Assembly (NCBI GenBank): GCA_053919585.1
Contig: CM132786.1
Source: Euprymna scolopes
Lineage: Eukaryota
Reading direction: 5' to 3' (one strand)
DNA: 64,000 bases
Numbering within the stretch: the first letter of the stretch is position 1; each line of letters begins with the position of its first letter. Below the pieces are notes generated by a model. It saw only the letters and a list, made by a program, of their open reading frames with translations. It was not told where the DNA came from and ran no database searches. Of the stretch, positions 24,386-37,737 are shown piece after piece. A program made the position numbers and the translations under genes.

Positions 24386-25455
24386 CTATACTACGCCGGG
24401 AAAGTTAATTTGAAAATTCCCATACAGAAACGAAACAAACCAAACCCACATCTTCATACGTGAAATTATACGGTTATTAAAGATTTGACAATGGTATTTT
24501 AGTAATAAGTTAAGGAAATAATAATCCATTCCTACTATAGTAATATCTGGGAAAGTATATCTTTTAAAGCAATGAGAAAGATAAAGATATATTTTTATTT
24601 TCAAGTTTCCGTTAAGCCATGCTTATTGTAATCTCTGTAGCGTTATTTGTTGGAATGAGGTTTTGCTCATTGCAGCATGATAGAATAAAGCCTTGTCAGC
24701 CAATGAGTGATAAATGTGAGGAAGTAGAAACCATCATTTTGAGGATTAGAGGATATCAAAGATCATGGTGTGTGCATGAGAATATGGTCCAGATAATAAG
24801 GGCAACACCCAATATATATCCATAATAGAGAAAACCTCGCGATGTCGAATGGTATTAGGAAAACAGCTTTATTTTAGAGGGGAAAACAGCAAATATTTCC
24901 ATTGTGTTTCTGTGGGAATGCGATGATGACACTCCTAGGGCGAACTGTAATGTTTAAATATTATGATTTTATGTTTCTTAAATGACGTTCAATAGTCAAA
25001 TAAGATAATGGATAATAGTGTAACCTTCGTAAGTTGTATAAACCACATGTAGTTATAAAAATTCGGTATTTTTCAAGAGAGGAATGCCTGACCCTCCTTT
25101 ATTATATACAGTCATAAGAAGATGAATATTACTTTATTATACATTACTCTTCTGCCATAAATAGTTGCATAAACACTATACTTGTTGCTTATAATTATTT
25201 CAAAATGTAAATCTTAAATGTGAACAGAATGTGTATGGAGGTCTTTAATGTAAACATTACAATGTGTAACTTTACAAAATTGTAAGAGACTTTAAGAAAA
25301 TTACGTGATAATATCATGTATTCCATAAAATCATATAATAGCACATCGTCTATCTGAAGGCAGCAGTAGTAAACTGATATTTGTCTCTGAGCTATGTTTC
25401 CGTAAAGCATATCATTTTTATATTTCAGAAATTGGGGAAATCTGTTCCTTTAAAA

Positions 25456-25517
<62 letters not shown>

Positions 25518-25749
25518 CTATTTCGTAATATCTTCCTTCATTTCGCACCGTAACCTTCATAAAGTTGTACGGCTCATATATTTTTATACACACACACACA
25601 CACACACACACATATGGTGTATTGCCCAGAGGGACATTTCTGCACCTCTTTTATTATATATACTGATAATAAGACACGAAAGTCAAGAATAGAATCTCAA
25701 ACCTCCTGTCTAGTTTACTTATTATATCAATCTATCTATACAAGTACAT

Positions 25750-26480
25750 TTGAATGGAGAAACTGTGAACAGACAATCAATTTTTCTGACTGAACACTGT
25801 CGCGCTTCTAGCCTTGCATTAGACCAGTACTATATTTTAAGACAAGTAAGTCTGTCCATTCTTTTCTTTTGTGAGTTGTGTTATGATCTGCTACACTCGC
25901 CAGTGAACTGATGATATGTTAGATTACAACTCGGAGTAGGTCTTATTCGTTGAGCGCTTTCTCAAACTAAAATCACTTTTTGGATTACATGTCTGAAGAA
26001 ATATTATTTGGCGAAACGTCTTTCTTCTTCAATGGAATGATTTTGTGCTGCGTTAATGGTGATCAAGTTCACTCCCTGGGCTGTGGACTCGTTATCTATA
26101 TAGTATGCATACACATGACGCGATGCATGCCCCTGAAATGGTAGTGCCTCTTCTCGACATCCTCTTTTTAGAATTTAGTATTCGCCAGACACGATCGATC
26201 ACATTGTATTAATTTTGCTACTGCATTTTTGATTTGGAATGGTGTGCGTTGATAACCTTTAGTTAAACACGCTATCGAGGGATGCCGTGAGCTGAGATAG
26301 TAAGAAAAATACATTGTTCTTAAGGCTATCATGTTTTAATGGACTACCTCCTCTATGGAACACATCGTCGTTCTTTCCACAATAGGTTTTACAAGTTGAT
26401 GACACCTCTCAACATTTCACTGTTACTGATTGCGTACCCAGCAAAAATTACGCTGCGATTAAGAGTGAAACACGATTTGT
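25750..26480 (-). pseudogene. Very old Tc1-like transposase fossil (copy 1)
   Basis: 26078-26450 aligns with the reverse complement of 28600-28992. Weak Tc1-like peptides (RRFAK....HV.QKVILV*; LMQ). Confidence 0.4.
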
Positions 26481-26943
26481 AATGATCGGAGTGTAGGACG
26501 TTTAGTCAGTAAAACATATTATGAGAATCATTTTAATTACTATGGAATCTGCTCAATATGGAAAATTATGAGTTACTCTTTAAATGCAAAACATCATTTT
26601 CATCATGGACGGAAAAAACGTAACATATCTAATTTTAACTTTGAAAGTTTTGTTTAATTATTTATATTAAACAATAACGAACTGATGTAAATAATATATA
26701 TTTTCTTATTATTTTCTTATGCTAAATTTTTTTTGATAATTGGTAATTAGGATAAAAAACGTATAAAGGATATGTTTAAAAAGCAGGCACCACACTATGT
26801 AAAAAGAAAACTAGATAAAGGTGAGTATTCACCGAAATATATTGCTTATATAGAACACCATTTGTTTATATTGTTCATTAAAAAAGGGAATACGACGTTA
26901 GCTGGTTGTGTAAACGCATATTATATACGTGTTTCAATATATA

Positions 26944-28284
26944 CAGGGTGCCATAAAGTCCGTGGTCCCTTTAAAAAGTCTAACTTTATTTGTTTTGGAA
27001 ACAGAAATACTCCGTAAAATGGATTTGAAAGAAATATAGCTATGTTTTTTAAGCTTTCATTGAAACTTTCCACATTCCCTCCATCATTAGCAATACAAGG
27101 AAATAGGATTTTACCGTTCACGAAAACCATTTGCCAACTGATTTATAGTAATTTCTGAAATCACATTATTTATTCTAGCTTTAAAATCTTCCCATGCACT
27201 TGGTTTTGTTTCATATACAATTGTTCTCACATGTCCCCATAAAAAATCTAATGGAGTTTAATCTGGCGAACGTGGAGGCCAATGAAATGGTCCACCCCTT
27301 CCGATCCATCTGTTAGGAAATTCCTGATTTAGAAACTGTCTAACACGCCGAGCAAAGTGACAAGGAGCTCCATCTTGTTGGAACATTGTATCATCTTTCA
27401 AGTTTAATTGTTTAAGTTATTCTGCAACATATCTAAGTAGCTGACACTGTTAATAACACGAGCTTCAAAAAATATGGCCCTATGATTAAACTTATTCCCG
27501 AAGCACACCACACATTAACATTAAGGGGGCCCTTTCATGTTCAACTGTTTCATTTGGGTTTTCAGTTCCCCACATTCGGCATTTGTGCCTGTTGACCTTG
27601 TCACTAATGTGAAATCTTGCTTTATCAGAAAACAGTAAATTACTAACAAATGCATTATAATAGCAAAATGTTTTCATTGAACTGGTGACAGATAGTAAGC
27701 CGTGCATAATAATCCTCTTCTAACAACTATTGATGTAATTGAATTTTGTAAGATTTCAAATGAAGTTTTGCCACAGAATCTTATGCATAGTAGACTTTGG
27801 CAGCCCGAGGTCCAATGATGCCTGTCTTACAGACTTTCTTGGACTTGCAGTAAAGGCTTCTTCTATGGAAGCAACACTTTCGTCAATGGCACATGGCCTT
27901 CCAGACCATAGTTTATCATGGACAGAGCCTGTCTTTTAAATTTTTTTCGCCCATTTTACAATGGTGTACCTTTGAGGCGCTTTTTTATTGTATTCAAGTC
28001 TAAACTTTCTTTGTACAGAAATAGTAGATTTCAATTCAGCCAACCAAAGGACACCGTTTACTTTTTCCTTAATTGAAGCCATGGGATCAAATTAATTCTG
28101 AAAAACAAAAGAAAATATTGTTTTCTTATTTTTTACTTATGTAAAAATTGTCACGAATCTTATGGTGAAAAATTATTCAATAACTATACTTACAACTAGA
28201 TAAATGAAACTTTATAACATTTTTACAGATTATTTCTATCGCAAATATGAATAAAGTTATATTTTTTAAAGTGCACACGAACTT
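26944..28284 (-). mobile_element. DD41D (rosa-like) Tc1/mariner element, decayed
   Basis: TA|CAGGGTGCCATAAAGTCCGTG TIR, with a matching imperfect TIR running into the gap at 28284. ORF from ATG 28082 reads MASIKEKV...VQRKFR..SGRP..SPRKSVRQAS, FSDKARFH, QQDGAPCH...WPPRSPD*TPLDF, with 41 residues between the second and third Asp. Confidence 0.9.
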
Positions 28285-28589
28285 NNNNNNNNNNNNNNNN
28301 NNNNNNNNNNNNNNNNNNNNNNNNNNNNNNNNNNNNNNNNNNNNNNNNNNNNNNNNNNNNNNNNNNNNNNNNNNNNNNNNNNNNNNNNNNNNNNNNNNNN
28401 NNNNNNNNNNNNNNNNNNNNNNNNNNNNNNNGATTAGTTCCACAGAGTGTTTAATTATACCAAGAATTTCTTTTGATCTGTATATAACTATCGAGTCTTT
28501 CTATTGCATGACATACGCAATCTAAACACGTAAATAATTTTGCGTAATCTACTTTTATTTTTATTTAGGCACATATGACCTATGAAACC

Positions 28590-28995
28590 TACATAAGAGA
28601 AAACGGCAACAATATGGGAACGATTATTGAAATCCCTTAAAAGTTTGGGAGATGACGTAAGAGTGTAAATCGTATGGTGGCAAGAACACAGTGTTCCATA
28701 GCAGTAGCAGTTTATTAGGAGATGTAGTCCCTAAGAACAATGTACAGTATCTAACTACCTCAGCTTACGTGATCCCTCGCGGGCGTTTTTAACTTAATCG
28801 TATCGAGGCACATCTTGACATATCCAAAATGCAGTAGAAAAATTAATGCAATGTGAGAGATCGAGTCTAGTGAATAATGGAAAGTCTGCAAAACATTTTG
28901 TTTAGAGGATGTCCAGAGTATGCACTACCATTTCAAGGACCTGCGGTCCGTCATGAGTAGGTATATTACATAGATAACAAGTCCTAAACCCAGTG
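28590..28995 (+). pseudogene. Old Tc1-like fossil (copy 2, inverted relative to copy 1)
   Basis: Shared blocks such as tgaaatggtagtgc, cacattg.attaattt..ctactgcatttt and tacattgttctta. The repeat is certain; the family call is weak. Confidence 0.45.
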
Positions 28996-29273
28996 AGAGA
29001 AAATTATTGTGTAGTATTCTAAAAATTTCTAAATTAACCGAAAATATTATCATTTTATCAATATAATTTATGACGTAATTCAGTGTTTTTAAATTGTACG
29101 CTTATTACTGACCGGCATATTATTGATTCTTATCCATATTTTGCAATACTACATAGTCTTTAACATTTAAATAAAAAACATGATTCATATTTTAAATACT
29201 TTAATCACATATATTTACTGGTTCCAGATATCTTACTGCTGATGCAATTCTCTACACACCCTCACACACACAC

Positions 29274-29351
<78 letters not shown>

Positions 29352-32300
29352 TTCTTACGAATAGTATATTGACGATATGTTAAGGAAATAATGAATTATA
29401 TTACTCAATTTACAAAAGATACACACATAAAATCTAAAAGCTTGAAAGTTGTATAGAGTCAGATATTGATAAACATTATTATTTGAAGCCGCGTTTAATT
29501 TCAGATCAGTTTCCAATCGTTAGATGATCTATTAATGCCCCGCAGTTGACTGAGCATCAATAGGCACTCTTGAGTTGGCAGCCACAAAGCAAATTATTTT
29601 TCCCGTGTTGACACGAAGAAATCATATGCAAAGTCGCTACAGATAAAGTTTACTTTTTATTGCGGCAATTTTTATTATTGGTTGGTAGCAGAGCGTGAAT
29701 GTGATTCGTCAGTTTGTAGCAGCATCGTTTAAAATAGATTCTACCCACTGCACGGAATCATACCTTTATTACCGTTCAAAAATATTGCAACACCTCACCT
29801 ATATACAGCATACTGGCATTTGTTAATTAGATAATTATATTGGAGTGTCTTCATGAGAAGAAAAATGTCAAGTTGGAATTATGTTTTCCCTGAAGAACGA
29901 AACGTATGAGAGAAGATGGTAAGTATCATATAACATCCTATCGCAATTTTACTGTAAAAATAAAACATTTAACTAAAAGTGTAATTAGTGTGTTACGCAC
30001 CTTAACGACTGCAATGAAATTGTACTCTTACGATAAAGACAAATGCAAGTATTTGTTTCGGTTTTATGCACACTGTGTTATAGTTAATATATAAGAAACA
30101 TGCATTAAAGATATTTACATTACTAATAATCTCAGTAGATGTACAGCATTTTATTTTATATAATGTAGGAAAGCTACCAAAAATTTGGATGTGTAAACAG
30201 GACTAAAACGTCCACTAATGAAATATTTATTACGAACGAAATATACGACATAAGTTATATTTCACTTCCCATTTCAGTAATAATACACAACTAAAGATAC
30301 ATTTATTTCGCTTTCCTAACAAAACAAGTAAGCCTAATTGGAATGCTGACAATTTATTGTATAGAAGTCATTTCTCTGACTCCCATCATTGTTGAGAGAT
30401 TGTCCTTATCAAAATCTTTTTTCTTAATATAAAGGCAAACGGGCTATTTGAAGATTAAAAACACAGAAAAAATAATAGAGTTTAATTCACAAGAAACCGA
30501 CACTAGAACAGCGCAAATACGGATGACTACGCCTGTTTAACTGTTAATAACGATTACGCATAAGAAAGATTAATAAAAACCGTACTAAAATCAACATACA
30601 TTGCCAGATCTGTGACAAATACAAAACATTAATTTGAAGGTAAAATAATTACTAAAGTATATCTTAAATAGCAATGCAACACAGTAAATGTGTACATTAG
30701 AAATATATTTTAGAAATATTTTAGACCAGACTGCACGCGATAGTTTAATCTATGGAATTTTCTAATAAAATTATCTAAGGAGTCAGATAAAAGAAACTTT
30801 TTTTGTCGGCCGGCATTCGTAAATTTACGTAATTTTAAATGAATCGATACATTTCACTAATGTTATGGAATAATACCCGGTATACCTGAGAACTGAATCG
30901 CCCCAGTGAGATTTACTAGCATTGACAAAAATTCTATTACATAACAGTCGGCTGAACATGAGTTCATAAAGCTTCTTTCAGAAATAAATCAAAAGTATCT
31001 AGAGACTAATGTCGCTCACTACCCGTCATCTAACATAGGCACACACGTTTCGTTTGTCTCTATTTATTATTTCAACCCGTGAAGACCAGACATCACAATC
31101 GCAGCATTATAAGAGGAAGAATCCGTACTTTTCTTCCACTAAAATTTAGTCCTACGACTGCTACTAGCGGGCCCAGATACTATTTAGCATTTCTCTACTG
31201 CAGTTTTACTACATCCTGGTAACTAGATGATGGCATACACATACATAACACACTCTTTCGGACTAATCAATCAAAAATAATTACTTCTCCTCAACAACAT
31301 TCCGGCGTTAACAATTGGCCCAAACCGTTTATGCTCATATTCCGGAATGAACAGATTCGATACATAAACCCTTCTTAACGTTAAAAAAACATAAGGGCTC
31401 CCAAAACAACAGACACCACCTCTAACAAAGTTAACAATATTTACAGTTTTAAACCTACTCAGAAACCGGCACATATTTCTTACCTCATATAAAAGAACAT
31501 GCATTTACAGGTAGCATGATAATAAACATCAGCTTTTTTTTTACATCGCTTACCTACGCAAACAAGGCACGTTAGATATCGGTAACAAGAAATGACAACA
31601 ATTAGCCGTTCATAAACATACATAAACATAGTGATAGCCTTATTCCCGATATCCTTTTTCCAAGGGACTAAAGTGCAACTACCTTAGCAATAGAGGGGTG
31701 ACAACATCCTACTTGCAAAAAAAAAAATAGATATTCAAAAATATTCACACCTCTACGCAAACATGCTTTTTGGCGACATGTATTCTTTGGTTTCAGTGTA
31801 AGGAGAAATATGAGGCAATAAACCCCAGACTACTGAATTACTTTTTCTTATTGGTATTTTTCATATTGTTTGACAATTTCGATTTCACGTTTCTCAGCGA
31901 CTGAGAAAACACAAAAAGACAGCATAAATATTCCAAGATAAACATGTAAGTTTATACTTTTAAACTATTTAAAGAGAGTCAAAATCTGTTTCATGAATTG
32001 GAAATTAATTTAATTCAAGGCTGTTATGAATACATTCATATTGTGTAGTCCACGAATATTGTATGGCTCTATCACAGTGCCAGCACGACTGATTTTTGTC
32101 TCGCCATCTATGTAACACTTAAACTTATACCTCGGTAGTGTGTGTCAAAGAAATATATATGTGTGTGCTGCCTGTGTGTGCGTGCGTAGAAACACACATC
32201 GTACGCAACACGCCGGCAGCGAAAGGATGAAATAAGGAAAGGAAGACAAATTTTAGCGAAACGACAATAAAAATCAATTTTACGGAATGTTTTGTTTATT

Positions 32301-32369
32301 ACAATATTATGCGACATTATAGTCCAGTTGAATATACATTTTTGTTTTCATTCCATTATTTAAATATTA

Positions 32370-32567
32370 ATGACACGTACAGAGTTGTTAGCAATTAAAA
32401 ACGCTTGCTATTAATTGTTTCTGTCTGCAGTCGAGTATATTTTTGTGCTAGGCTTTACAGACGATTTGTTTATGTCGTTTCTCTTAGATTTGCGTTCCGT
32501 TCCATTTTTTAAAAATCCGTTTGCAGACGCCATCTTCCTTGCGACTTTTGTTAAAATTGCCATAAAT

Positions 32568-32634
<67 letters not shown>

Positions 32635-32830
32635 GTATGTATGACAATCTTCAGAAGAGCCATCGGGGAAATAGCAGGCATTGACGGATGTAAAAAACGG
32701 AACGGAAGGCAATGTTAGGAAAACGAACTAAACGAGTAGACTATATAGCCTAGCAGCAAAAGAAAAACTCGATTGCTGATATCACATGCGTGTTTTAATG
32801 CGTAATATTTCTGCATATTTCTGCACTTGT
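32370..32830. repeat. ~200-bp-arm inverted repeat centred on a (TA)n array
   Basis: Left arm tcgagt..tgctaggct..cgttccgttccattttt..atccgt..aattgccata mirrors right arm tatgacaat..acggatgtaaaaaacggaacggaa..agcctagca..actcga, about 70% by eye. Confidence 0.85.
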
Positions 32831-32929
32831 TATATGTTAATAATGATATGAAATAACTAGTATTTATATATATATATATATATACATGTATAGATGTATA
32901 TATATATAGATATACATAGATAGATAAAG

Positions 32930-32961
<32 letters not shown>

Positions 32962-33389
32962 CCAGAGAGATTAATAGATATACATATAGATGTGTGTATC
33001 TCTCTTTCTCTCTCTCCCTCTCCCCCTCTCTCTCTGTCTCTCTCTCTTTATATATATATTATATAAAGAGAGACAAGCCGGCAGATACANNNNNNNNNNN
33101 NNNNNNNNNNNNNNNNNNNNNNNNNNNNNNNNNNNNNNNNNNNNNNNNNNNNNNNNNNNNNNNNNNNNNNNNNNNNNNNNNNNNNNNNNNNNNNNNNNNN
33201 NNNNNNNNNNNNNNNNNNNNNNNNNNNNNNNNNNNNNNNNNACACAATTTTTTCATTCAAGGAAATATTAATAAATGCAACGAATACCATTTGCTTTATG
33301 ATTCCTCATTTTTAAATTTTACGATGTGGCTCTTCCTCTATTTATATACAAATAAAAAATAGTAATAAAATTCCATAATTGTTGCTGTC

Positions 33390-33615
33390 GAGAGCGAAAC
33401 ATTTTTACTCAAATAGACGGAGTTGCAATGGGATCCGTCATTGGGCCAACCCTTAGTAAAGTCTATATTGCTGATTTAAAGAACGGCATATTTATAAATA
33501 CCATAAGGCGTCCTCTCAGTTTACGCTACGTTAACGACATCGTTATTTTTGTTGAAAATAATGAAGTGATATACCAACTATTCTACAATCTACAATCCTT
33601 AAATTTAAAATAGTG

Positions 33616-33671
<56 letters not shown>

Positions 33672-34600
33672 AATTTCATTGATGATGGCCTTATTGTCAC
33701 GTCTAATAATACGTTTGCCATATCTGTATATTAAAGAAACACGATCATGAACTCCAATCTCCTGAATTTACAATGTACACAACAGCAATAATAAAAAAAA
33801 AAATTAAATCACGCTTAAATTATATCATCCAGCCAAAGCATTATTCATTGAAATTAAAAAAAGCTTTAAATAAATACCCATCGATAATCATTTTCCTAAT
33901 TATATTGTTGATGAACAAATCAAACGAATGCTACCCTCCCTTGCAAACCCGTATATTAAATTCACCAAAACCGCAACGCAATCTCCATTTATGTATTTTA
34001 TCAAAATAAAATAACACTTCAGAATTAAAAATATGCAATCAAATATCATTCGTATATACCTGACACCTTCTGGCAGTAAATCTAATATTAAGTTCATTAT
34101 TTTTTAGAAGATTATAGAGCACAAATCCTTGTGCTTAGAAAACACTCATCAACGTCTATCAAACGCTGGAGAAAACACATGTGGTGATTAAATTCTAATG
34201 CTCTACTATTGGAGAATGCCACTTCAAGCCATTATAAATGCTATTGATTTCGGGAAGAGCAGTAATGTTTTAAAATGGCTTGCGTTGTTCGTAGTAGACG
34301 GGTTTTGTTAACGGTGTCCAGAAACCTGCCAATGTTAACACTCGAATTTTTAATCAACCTATGTTTTTTAACAAATGTTCTTCAAACATTAAACTTCTCA
34401 TCACCTAATGTAGTCTACTGAATATTTTAGTTAGCATTTTTAACTCTCATCCAAGTTTTTCCCCACTTTTGCTTACACATTTGAAGATGATACGTGGAAG
34501 AATCGAAGGGCTTGTAACAGAAACAATCATGGAACTTGTGTTAATAATTTTGATTTTAATATAAAAATGATTATACAAAAAATCGAACATTGAAAAACAT
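33390..34600 (+). mobile_element. Penelope-like element fossil (RT to pLTR)
   Basis: QIDGVAMGSVIGPTLSKVYIADL...LRYVNDIVIFV (PLE RT motifs GxxMGS and RYVDD), then HVV...C..GEC. Degenerate hammerhead-like tgaagatgat..atcgaa at ~34481. Confidence 0.8.
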
Positions 34601-34640
34601 ATTATAAAGCAATGTATATCCGTTTAATTTTATAATATAC

Positions 34641-34671
<31 letters not shown>

Positions 34672-34859
34672 CATATATATAATAAATACGAACATTGTTT
34701 AAATGTTTATATTTTTTCTGCATTTATATCTTATTTTTTAACGTGTAGCAATACAAGAAATCGTTTCGAATAAAACTAAGAGAGTTTGTTTTTCCAAAAG
34801 CACAAAATATTCGACCGATTTTTCGGTCTTTTTGGTGAAGGAAAAGAATTGATATAGGC

Positions 34860-35727
34860 AATTAAGTGTATGTATGTGATCATACTAACATGTGAAGAAC
34901 TTGATATCGTTACAGAGAGGCGAATCAGAAAAAAGAACAGAAAGCCAGAAGAGGAGGCAAGAGATGTTCAATTGTCATTGCAGAAGGAGACAAAGACGCC
35001 AATGTTCGAATGACTGGACCGTTTCCAAATCAAGTTGAATATCAGAGTACAGACAGTGAATAATATTTGTTTATCTTTTTGAGGTTCTCTCAGCTAATAT
35101 AATTTGTGGCCGGGAAGAAGGACTACTGTTGTCTCTGTCCAAGCTCACAGCTGTTTATGAGGAGATATCTAGGGAAGACATTTGTGTGGATCTTTCACAT
35201 TTAAGGCGGCGCCTATAAGCAACTGAAATAAACTATGAGGAGTCAAGCACTGGTTGTATTTAAATTCCTACAGTTTATCATAAAGTGAGACATTGTTGAA
35301 TCGTTGCCATATCTTACGCTGGATCTAAAATTTCAATGAAAATATGTGTTTCTGTGGCATCGTGTTATAAAAGTTTGTCCACAATAAACTTATAAAATAT
35401 AATCTCCAGTACACTATGAGCCAGTCGAGATTGTCGGATCTCTCTGTCTTGTCTTTGAAAAAAACACTTACAAAACAAATAGGTTTGGACAATTTCACTG
35501 ACTAGTTTGCCACAAAAAAAAACAAAGAAAAAACAAGAAAACATTCATTATAAGTGAATAATATAAAACCTATATTCTTTTGTAAACTGCGCCGTTTAGC
35601 AATTAAATGTTCGAAACGTGAACACTTTTCTAAAGATCAAAGTTCGATGGGATGTAGCGCGTATGTAATGCTACGATATTTAATAAACACTATTTATTGT
35701 GATTTTCCCCCGCCTTGTAACACTCTG
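34860..35727 (+). mobile_element. 3' part of a hAT transposon (dimerisation domain plus right end)
   Basis: CEELDIVTERRIRKKNRKPEEEARD; ESLPYL...VSVASCYKSLS..KLIKYNLQYTMSQSRLSDLSVLS (resembles SVASCERSFSKLKLIK.YLRSTMSQ.RL). Putative TIR ..cccccgccttgtaacactctg. Confidence 0.8.
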
Positions 35728-36329
35728 TTGTGATTAATTTTTGGTTTCTTTACATAGACTCACCTACAAAAGTAAATGATCATGAGAAAAACGATAATTT
35801 GTGTTTTGCACATGTCTATTTCAAAGTTTATATGGTGAGACAATATCGTAAAATAACTTAAAAGTTTTTACCTTTAATATGCAGTTTTGCTAATATGATT
35901 TTTCTGAACTTTTGTGTATTGCTGAGCAGATATCGGGAAGAATCGGTATATGATGATGCAGGAACCCCATGAAGACCAAATAAATGATAATATATGATAA
36001 GAAGAAAATAAGTAAACCACCAGTGATAATGTTAATCTTTTATTTTACGAAGAAAATGAAAACGAAGTAAAATAATGTTAAGAAAATAAAGAAAAAAATG
36101 TGTAGATGTATTTTTATGAAACATACTGATTAATGTATTTATTTATTGTTGGTTTTTGGTCAATGCTTTTTTCTCGAGGAAGGACGTTCTTACAATTTTT
36201 TTCTTGTTCGATATTATTGAGGCCGGATGGTAATGGACATTTTATGTTTTCTTTTTTGGTTGGTTTTTATTTTTTTAATGTAGAGTGTAAAGGGATTCAA
36301 GAACTTTGGCTTCATTTGTGAACAACACC

Positions 36330-37160
36330 AATACCAAATCCAAAAAGGATAAGGACACCAGAAGAAGCCTTTAGCATACTGATATCCGGAAAATCTATAG
36401 GGCAGTCAACCAAAACCTAAACAACCCCTATACTTCCGTTTTTGTAAGAATCAGACAAGCCTGGTGTAATATGTTGAATAAGATGGCTCGGAAGATAACT
36501 ATTCCAAGACCTCCTTAGAATAAACAAGATATGGAAACACGAAAGGCCTTGACACAGAATTGCATGAAAAATATTTCCAACGTGTTTAATGTATGGATTA
36601 GACCTGTGCAACTCTTGACAGTCCCAAGGATGGTTAAATTTTGGAACTCTAAACGGAAGCCCACCATCTTACCAAGTTCATCGACAACGAGTAGGTGGAG
36701 TCATCATATGTTGGTTTGGAATCATAAAGAATAAGTTGGTTGGACCATTCCGAGTTTCAGCAATGCGTACACCGCCTTTTTGGATTAACGCTTGTCAACA
36801 TGGCTTAATAATCTTCCAATGTCACGTCGCTTTTCGATGACATTTTTGCATGACCCTGTACCATCGTATGCGGTTAAGGCGACTGTAGCCTTCCTTGAAT
36901 CTATGGGCTTCTTTGGAGAAAGTCTCGTGGACTAACTCCCATGTTCTCCAGACCTTAGCCGATAGAATGTATCTGGTTAATATTCAAATGAAATGTCCAT
37001 GATAGAGGAGAGCGATTTACTTCAAAAGATGCCTTGATGAGAACATAGTTTATATTGTTAGACCCCTAACTCGTTTCTGCGAGTAAACAATTGACTTCAA
37101 AGGAGGCAAAAGCTTTGTTTAAGGCATTTGAAAATGCTTGAAATATCGATAAATAATTAA
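36330..37160 (+). pseudogene. DD37E (TRT-like) Tc1-superfamily transposase fossil
   Basis: CATLD.P.GW; RQRVGGVIICWFGIIKNKLVGPFRV; FLHDPVPSYAVKATVAFLESMGFFGESLVD*LPCSPDLS.IE, giving 37-residue spacing after restoring one frameshift. Confidence 0.75.
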
Positions 37161-37533
37161 TTTATTGGAGGGTAAGCATCTAGAAAATGTTATTTGTCAT
37201 TATTTTTTGACAGAATAATATAATAAAACATAAATCTCGCATGATAAGACATGCTATTTCCCCCAAGACAGCATTTTAAGATACCTGAAATAAAGCGAAG
37301 TACGGTTAATATTCTACGATAAAGAATAAAATGGCATTAGTGTGTGACTTTTGCATGAATTTGAATATTTTTTTAAATAATTAACATTTAATCAATCGTT
37401 TTATTATATTATTTTCATTTTGTTGTGACGTATATTTAGTGAAATATTGATGTTTTACTAACCTGAAACTAAGCAATTGACGCAGTTTATATATAAAGAT
37501 CACCCTTATTTTTTAGGAAACACATTTATTTAT

Positions 37534-37711
37534 TTTATTATTCTATTTTGTTTTACGTGCATAAAACTATACGTATGGAAACACGTGTTTCTCGCATTTA
37601 AGCCTTCGTCAGCACACGAAATTATCCTGAGATGAGCTGACGATGCTTAAAAGCCAGAAAATCTCGTGTTCATAGTTATACATTTATACACGTAAAATAT
37701 AATAATTAGAA
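37534..37711. ncRNA. Back-to-back inverted pair of degenerate minimal type-I hammerhead ribozyme motifs (PLE pLTR type)
   Basis: Minus strand: CGTGTG-CTGACGA-AGGCTTAAATGCGA-GAAA-CACGTG-TTTC-CATACG, with a 6-bp stem I and palindromic stem III. Plus strand: CTGACGA(37637)-TGCTTAAAAGCCA-GAAA-ATCTCGTGTTC. Arms are 37534-37613 and 37636-37711. Confidence 0.6.
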
Positions 37712-37737
37712 TTCTGATTTCGTTTATAAACGTCTCT

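Noticed and set aside
30900-31730. Possible LINE tail ending in poly(A)
   Set aside because: No diagnostic RT motif recognised.
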